Assembly (NCBI GenBank): GCA_965219445.1
Contig: CBDCNQ010000004.1
Coordinates: 960,001 to 1,024,000, forward strand
Length of the DNA: 64,000 bases
From: Longimicrobiales bacterium
GTDB lineage: Bacteria > Gemmatimonadota > Gemmatimonadetes > Longimicrobiales > Gaopeijiaceae
Reading direction: 5' to 3'
Shown: positions 58,973-64,000 of the stretch, in pieces
Position numbering within the stretch: the first letter of the stretch is position 1
Layout of the letters: each line of letters begins with the position of its first letter
The notes under the pieces: generated by a model
Told to the model about the DNA's origin: nothing
Database searches by the model: none
Seen by the model: the letters and a program-made list of their open reading frames with translations, nothing else
Program-made: the position numbers and the translations under genes

Positions 58973-61669
58973 TCAATTGGGCACCATGCGCTTCAGCTCC
59001 TCGAAGAAGTTGTTCACGAGGACCCTCGCCTGTCCCAGGTCGCCGTCCTGCCCGCCTCCGTCCACTCTTCCCTGCGTGGCGATGAGGAAGCGCTGGTCAT
59101 CGGGAAAGATGTCGTACGGGTTTCCGATCGGCGGGCGGTAGTACCACTGGACGGGGGACTCGAAAAGAACGGCGGGAGTTCCGTGGGTGAAGCTCGCGGC
59201 CGACTCGACCTCGACCACCCACATGGCCCCGCCGCCTCCCCTGACTTCACTGAAGTAGAGCTCGCGACCGCCATGTGCCCAGCCGGGCGAGCGTCCCCCC
59301 TGGCTCGACACCTGCCATCGGCCCGCGCCCACGTCCGGGAAGGGTCGGACGTAGACCTCCAGCCGACCCGTCTCGTCGGACGCGTACGCGATCCAGCGCC
59401 CGTCGGGGGACACGGCCGGCTCGCCCTCGAAGTACGCTTCTTCGAGGAGGGGAGTCGGCTCCCCGTCCTCGCCCGGGCGGTAGCCCAGGACGTCGCCTCC
59501 GACCGTCTGCAGGAGCAGCCACGCCCCGTCCGGGCTCCACTCGATCTTGAAGAGACTGTCGTCCAGGTCGAGGATCAGCTCCGCCTCGCCCGTGCCGTCG
59601 GCCGGCTTCGACCAGACGTCGAAGTTCCCGTTCCGGTTAGAGAGAAACGTGACATCCCGCCCTCCGGGCTCCCACACGGGCATCGTTTCCGCGGCGTCCT
59701 CGAACGTGAGCCGTGAGCGGGGACCAGCGTCAAGCTGCTTGATCCAGATGTCGTACCCCGCTTGTGTGGATTCGCGGAGCGCGACCCTGGAGCCCTCGGG
59801 TGAGAGGCTCCAACCCTGGCTCTGATCGACTCCTCGGGAGAAGATCCATTCCGGGTCCACGGCGCTCGCCTGCCCCGTCCGCGTCACCCAGGCGAGCTGG
59901 AGCGTTGGACCCGAGGCCCCGGTCCCTCCAACGCCCGCGGCGTAGTAAAGCTTCCCATCGTCGGCGAGCGAGAAGGAAGTGAGGCCGTCCATCACCGCGA
60001 TGGGCGTGCCGAGCAGCTCCATCCTCCTCGGGTCGAACCGGGCCGCCATCATCGTGCCGCTCGTCGTACGGTAGACCAGGTGGCCCGAGGGCACGTAGCG
60101 AGGAAAGGTGCCCTCCACGAGAGGCGTCGTCTCGCCGCTGCCGACATCCAGGCCCCGCATCTCCGAAGATCCGTCCGGCCGGGCGACCTCAAGCAGAACG
60201 CGCCTCCCGCCCGGGAGGACGTCGCGCACGAAGTGCGCAGTCTCCCCTTCGCCGAGGCGAGACACGTACTCGACGGCTCCACCCGTCGACGGCACACGGA
60301 CCGCGCCCGAATCGGTCGTCGCGTACACGTACCCGTCCGGCCCCCACTCCGGCTGGGACCCCGGCGTCAGCGTGCGCACGGGGCCGCCCGAGAAGGCCAG
60401 CACCCTGATGTTTCGGTCCTGCTCGAATGCGAGCTCGAGCCCGTCGAAGGAGACCGCGGGGGCAGTGGCATCGGTGGTCTCGCGCACGGGGTTGGCCGCG
60501 AGGTCGTCCCATCGCCGCACCATGAGGATCTGACCTCCGGGCGCGTCATACCGATACACGAGCATGCTTCCATCCGGTGACAGGTCGAACCCGCTTGGGC
60601 CCAAGTACGCCGAATGCTCCTGACCCTCCAGGAACGGGACCGCGAAGCGCTCGACCCCGCGGACGGGCTCGGGCGGCTCGGGGCCGAAGAGCGACCAGCC
60701 GAGCGTGAGGGCGAAAAGGGCCGCGAACGCCATCGTCGACCGATTCCAGGGGCCAGACATTGTAGGGGGCGTGGCTACCGGCTCCGGGGTCGAGACCGCT
60801 ACCGATGTGCGAGCCCGAGCCTCATAAGTGAAGCTCGGGTCCGCGAGCGCCGAGGCAAACTCCGACGCGCTCGTGAATCGATCCGCAGGCAGCTTCTCCA
60901 GAGCCCTCGCCAGTGCATGGCCGACGTGAGGTGGTACGGTCCGTCGCTCGCTCGTGATCGACGGCGCATCCGCCGTGAGGATCTTGACCAGCACCGCTTG
61001 GGCGGTCGTCGCAGAGAATGGCGGCTGCCCGGCGAGCATCTCGTACAGGACACAGCCGAGCGCGTAGACATCCGAGCGGGGGTCTACGTCACGGTCGCCC
61101 GTGGCCTGTTCCGGCGACATGTAATGCGGCGTACCCAGGCTGAGTCCCGTCTCGGTGATTCGTCCAGCGCCTGCCTGGGCCACTGCCAGCGCGATACCGA
61201 AGTCTGCGACGAGTGGCTCGCCCTGCTCACTCAGTAGGATGTTGCCCGGCTTGATGTCGCGGTGCACGACTCCGTTGCCGTGCGCGTAGTCGAGTGCGCC
61301 CGCGACCTTCTGCGTGATCGCCAGTGCGTCATCCACACCGAGTTGCTTCTCGCGGTCGATGCGCTCCCTGAGTGACTCCCCTTCGATGTGGGGCATCACG
61401 TAGAAGAGGAAGCCGTCCGCTTCCCCCGAATCGTGCAGCGGCAGGATATGCGGGTGAGTCAGGTTCGCCGTCGTCTCGATTTCAGCGAGAAATCTCTCAG
61501 CGCCGACGACTGCTGCGAGTTCCGGTTTCAGGACCTTGAGGGCGACGTTCCTGTTGTGCTTCAGGTCCTTGGCCAGGTATACCGTGGCCATGCCGCCTTC
61601 GCCCAGCTCACGCTCGATGGCGTAGCGGCCTTCGAGGGCCGCGTTGGGACGGGCGACGGCATCGGACAT
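58973..61669 (-). CDS. Ser/Thr kinase with TM segment and PD40 propeller (kinase 3)
   Basis: Full set of kinase motifs; C-terminus NFFEELKRMVPN; start MSDAVARPNAALEGRY. Confidence 0.93.
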   Translation of the reverse strand: MSDAVARPNAALEGRYAIERELGEGGMATVYLAKDLKHNRNVALKVLKPELAAVVGAERFLAEIETTANLTHPHILPLHDSGEADGFLFYVMPHIEGESLRERIDREKQLGVDDALAITQKVAGALDYAHGNGVVHRDIKPGNILLSEQGEPLVADFGIALAVAQAGAGRITETGLSLGTPHYMSPEQATGDRDVDPRSDVYALGCVLYEMLAGQPPFSATTAQAVLVKILTADAPSITSERRTVPPHVGHALARALEKLPADRFTSASEFASALADPSFTYEARARTSVAVSTPEPVATPPTMSGPWNRSTMAFAALFALTLGWSLFGPEPPEPVRGVERFAVPFLEGQEHSAYLGPSGFDLSPDGSMLVYRYDAPGGQILMVRRWDDLAANPVRETTDATAPAVSFDGLELAFEQDRNIRVLAFSGGPVRTLTPGSQPEWGPDGYVYATTDSGAVRVPSTGGAVEYVSRLGEGETAHFVRDVLPGGRRVLLEVARPDGSSEMRGLDVGSGETTPLVEGTFPRYVPSGHLVYRTTSGTMMAARFDPRRMELLGTPIAVMDGLTSFSLADDGKLYYAAGVGGTGASGPTLQLAWVTRTGQASAVDPEWIFSRGVDQSQGWSLSPEGSRVALRESTQAGYDIWIKQLDAGPRSRLTFEDAAETMPVWEPGGRDVTFLSNRNGNFDVWSKPADGTGEAELILDLDDSLFKIEWSPDGAWLLLQTVGGDVLGYRPGEDGEPTPLLEEAYFEGEPAVSPDGRWIAYASDETGRLEVYVRPFPDVGAGRWQVSSQGGRSPGWAHGGRELYFSEVRGGGGAMWVVEVESAASFTHGTPAVLFESPVQWYYRPPIGNPYDIFPDDQRFLIATQGRVDGGGQDGDLGQARVLVNNFFEELKRMVPN

Positions 61670-61707
61670 GGCGGACAAGATGCGTCTAAGGCGTATGGGG
61701 CGGGCAA
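61670..61707 (-). promoter_or_regulatory. Repeated promoter-like element abutting the kinase 3 ATG (leaderless layout)
   Basis: TTGCCCGCCCCATACGCCTTAGACGCATCTTGTCCGCC-ATG, with no Shine-Dalgarno sequence. Confidence 0.65.
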
Positions 61708-61877
61708 GTATGCTGCGCGAGAGGTCGGTGTTCCGGCTTATTGCTAACTGTACTGCCCGACCATCTGTGTGACCCAAATGGAAAGAGAACGCCTCGTCAG
61801 ACGAACCTCATGCTGCATGAGCATGAGCAACAAGTGTTCTAGTCCCGTAGCACGCCTGCTTTGGGAGCGGCTTTCAG

Positions 61878-61952
61878 GCGTCGGTGGGCGTCGGCCAGCG
61901 TCGGAGATGCTGGGCTTCTGCGTCAGTTGCGTCGGTGGGCGTCGGTGGGCGT
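61878..61952 (+). repeat. GCGTCGG heptamer array with ~10-bp period
   Basis: Copies at 61878, 61888, 61898, 61920 (variant), 61929, 61939 and 61949 (partial). Confidence 0.75.
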
Positions 61953-62317
61953 ATGTCTCGAGCGGGACGGGTCGAGAGGAGGTTTACATGCGGCCCTTCC
62001 CCCCGGATTCGGGCTCGGACCGGGTGCTCATATCCGCGAATGGGGGCACTGAGCCGGTTTGGGCACACAGCGGCCAGGAGTTGTTCTACCGGAATGGAGC
62101 CAACGAACTAGTAGCTGTCCAGGTCGCCGGAGATGCCAACCAGCAAGAAGTACTGTTCTCCACCGCTGACTACTTTACTGGAGACGGTCACGCGATCTAC
62201 GACGTGACCCCCGACGATCAGCGATTCGTGATGTTGCGAATCGGTGGCGAGCCTGCTAGCCGACCCGTTCTGGTCCAGAACTGGTTCGAGGAGCTTCGCC
62301 AGCGGGTGGGGAATTTA
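61943..62317 (+). pseudogene. C-terminal relic of a kinase/PD40 gene
   Basis: RWAYVS...HSGQELFYRNGANELVAVQV...NWFEELRQRVGN, very like the end of kinase 2. The stop TGA is replaced by TTA and there is no kinase domain. Confidence 0.85.
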
Positions 62318-62424
62318 AGGCTCAGATCCCCTGGCTTCGCGTCTTCGTGGAAGGCGTGGTGATCGAGAGCTTGCCCGGTCACCGTCTTTCGTGGAACATT
62401 TAAGGGGTCAAAATGGAGGAATAA

Positions 62425-62670
62425 ATGCCGATCTACGAGTACTCCTGTGAAGCGTGCGGGCATGAGTTCGAGACGTTGGTTCGGGGAGAGACAGAGCCTG
62501 AGTGCCCCTCCTGTCAGAGTCAGGATCTCAAGCGGTTGCTCTCCCTTCCGACGGTCCACTCATCGTCCACGCGGGCAATGAGCATGAGAGCCGCGAAGAA
62601 GCGTGACAAGACGCAAGCGACGGAGCGGGTGATCGAGCAGCTGAAGTACGAGCAGGCTCATAACGACTAG
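62425..62670 (+). CDS. FmdB-family zinc-ribbon protein
   Basis: MPIYEYSCEACGHEFE...CPSC; RBS GGAGG. Confidence 0.9.
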   Translation: MPIYEYSCEACGHEFETLVRGETEPECPSCQSQDLKRLLSLPTVHSSSTRAMSMRAAKKRDKTQATERVIEQLKYEQAHND

Positions 62671-63033
62671 CGCTCGCTACGCTCCACCACACCCGAGTGG
62701 CTGGTCGTAAAAGTGACCCGTCACCTTCCACTGCCTAAAACGCGCTTTCTGCAGATGCGGGAAGCCTCAGACTACAAGCCGTTCGCCTTGCGGCCCCCGA
62801 CCCGGGCCTAGGGCCAGTCCCCCCCGTCGTCAGTTCCAGTTTGCTTCTCCCGTCAAGAATTCCATACTGTGAAGATGGGAGATCGCGAGATGTGGGAGGC
62901 CCAGCGATCCGGACGAAGCCTCTTTGGTATCGAGCCCACGGGGTCTTTCTCTTTGGTACAACTCTTGGCCTCACGTCCATGACTGGCAGCGATTCTTCGT
63001 GCCGAGCGGGCTCGTACGGTTCGGCTCGCCTCC

Positions 63034-64000
63034 ATGACGGTGCACAACATGACGGCTTCCAGCGTTGCCCCGCCCGATCAGGAAACGGGGCCCTCACTGG
63101 ACACCCTCGACGCGGTCCAGCGAAGGGTGCTCTGGCTCGCGGTGAGCATGGTGCATCATGCGAACGAGGTCCGGGAGATCGAATCCGGCGTGAAGGTCGG
63201 GGGGCACCAGGCGTCCTCGGCGTCGATGGTGAGCATCATGTCCGCGCTGTATTTCGGACACCTCAATGCCGAGGACCGGGTTTCGGTCAAGCCACACGCC
63301 GCGCCGGTCCTACACGCGATCAACTACCTCCTGGGCCGCCTCGACGCTGCCTACCTGACCGGGCTCCGTTCCTTCGGAGGGCTTCAAAGCTACCCTAGCC
63401 GGTCGAAGGACCCGGACCCGGTCGACTTCTCCACCGGGTCGGTGGGCATTGGGGCAACGAGCACGATATGGAGCGCGATGGGCCAGCGGTATGTGTCGGA
63501 CCACTTCGACGTGCCACGCGCAGGCAGACAGATCGCTTTGGTGGGGGATGCGGAGCTGGACGAAGGTGCGATCTGGGAGGCCATCGTAGACCCCATGGTG
63601 CACCGCCTGGAAGAAGTCCTGTGGGTGGTCGACATCAACCGCCAATCGCTCGATCGGGTCGTGCCGGATATCGCCGCCGGTCGAATCGCTGAGATGTTCG
63701 AGGCCGCTGGCTGGCACACGGTCACCACCAAGTACGGCTCCCGGCTCCGCGAGCTGTTCAATCGGCCTGGTGGCCAGGTGCTGCGCCGAAGAATCGACGC
63801 GATGTCCAATGAGGAGTATCAACGGCTCCTCGTGGCCGACCCGGGAGACCTGAGAGAGCGGCTTCCCGGAGAGGGTGGAACGGTTCGCGAGGAAGTGCGT
63901 CGCGTCATCTCGGATCTCGACGACGGGGAGCTTCTCGCAGCTGTTCGCGACCTGGGTGGACACGACCTGGGCGATCTGCTCGCGGCATTCCGTGAGGCCG
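63034..64000 (+). CDS. Pyruvate dehydrogenase E1 (homodimeric AceE/transketolase-like), partial
   Basis: Manual translation: RRVLWLAVSMVHHAN...KVGGHQASSAS...KPHAAP...FSTGSVG...GDAELDEG. Runs off the right edge; start 63034 or 63049. Confidence 0.88.
   Translation, partial: MTVHNMTASSVAPPDQETGPSLDTLDAVQRRVLWLAVSMVHHANEVREIESGVKVGGHQASSASMVSIMSALYFGHLNAEDRVSVKPHAAPVLHAINYLLGRLDAAYLTGLRSFGGLQSYPSRSKDPDPVDFSTGSVGIGATSTIWSAMGQRYVSDHFDVPRAGRQIALVGDAELDEGAIWEAIVDPMVHRLEEVLWVVDINRQSLDRVVPDIAAGRIAEMFEAAGWHTVTTKYGSRLRELFNRPGGQVLRRRIDAMSNEEYQRLLVADPGDLRERLPGEGGTVREEVRRVISDLDDGELLAAVRDLGGHDLGDLLAAFREA

Noticed and set aside
11394..62364. Integron, ICE, prophage or diversity-generating retroelement as the cause of the mosaic structure
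   Set aside because: The window has no integrase, transposase, reverse transcriptase, attC-like palindromes or adenine-specific template/variable repeat pair.
62700..63033. TPP or other riboswitch ahead of the PDH E1 gene
   Set aside because: No CUGAGA/ACCUG core or other recognisable aptamer consensus is present.

Overview
GC-rich bacterial window with no rRNA, tRNA, CRISPR array, integrase or transposase. The expanded family of membrane Ser/Thr kinases with TolB-like propellers suggests Gemmatimonadota (inference). It is an accessory region of secreted and envelope enzymes: PQQ dehydrogenases, two DUF5916/CBM9 outer-membrane proteins, a zincin, an amidase, a serine hydrolase, CopC/CopD, topoisomerase IB, a bactofilin, TraT, LemA/GIDE and the start of a pyruvate dehydrogenase E1. 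The strongest finding is a complete regulatory cassette at 52080-52271: a sigma54 promoter, then a GEMM-I cyclic-dinucleotide riboswitch whose specificity base is A20 (the 3',3'-cGAMP-type signature), then an aptamer-competing terminator. It precedes a type IV minor-pilin operon and lies next to a CHASE2/HD-GYP phosphodiesterase gene. A second minor-pilin operon has a sigma54 promoter but no riboswitch. Three further patterns stand out: (i) an ECF sigma/zinc anti-sigma/TonB-receptor/PAP2 locus with a duplicated promoter motif; (ii) a ~35-bp promoter-like element found four times at gene-block boundaries; (iii) stereotyped relics of kinase 5' ends and of a kinase-coupled downstream gene, plus a mosaic kinase, all pointing to recombination through the kinase family. 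About nine +/-1 frameshifts, mostly in short homopolymers, suggest long-read assembly error, so 'broken' genes are probably intact.
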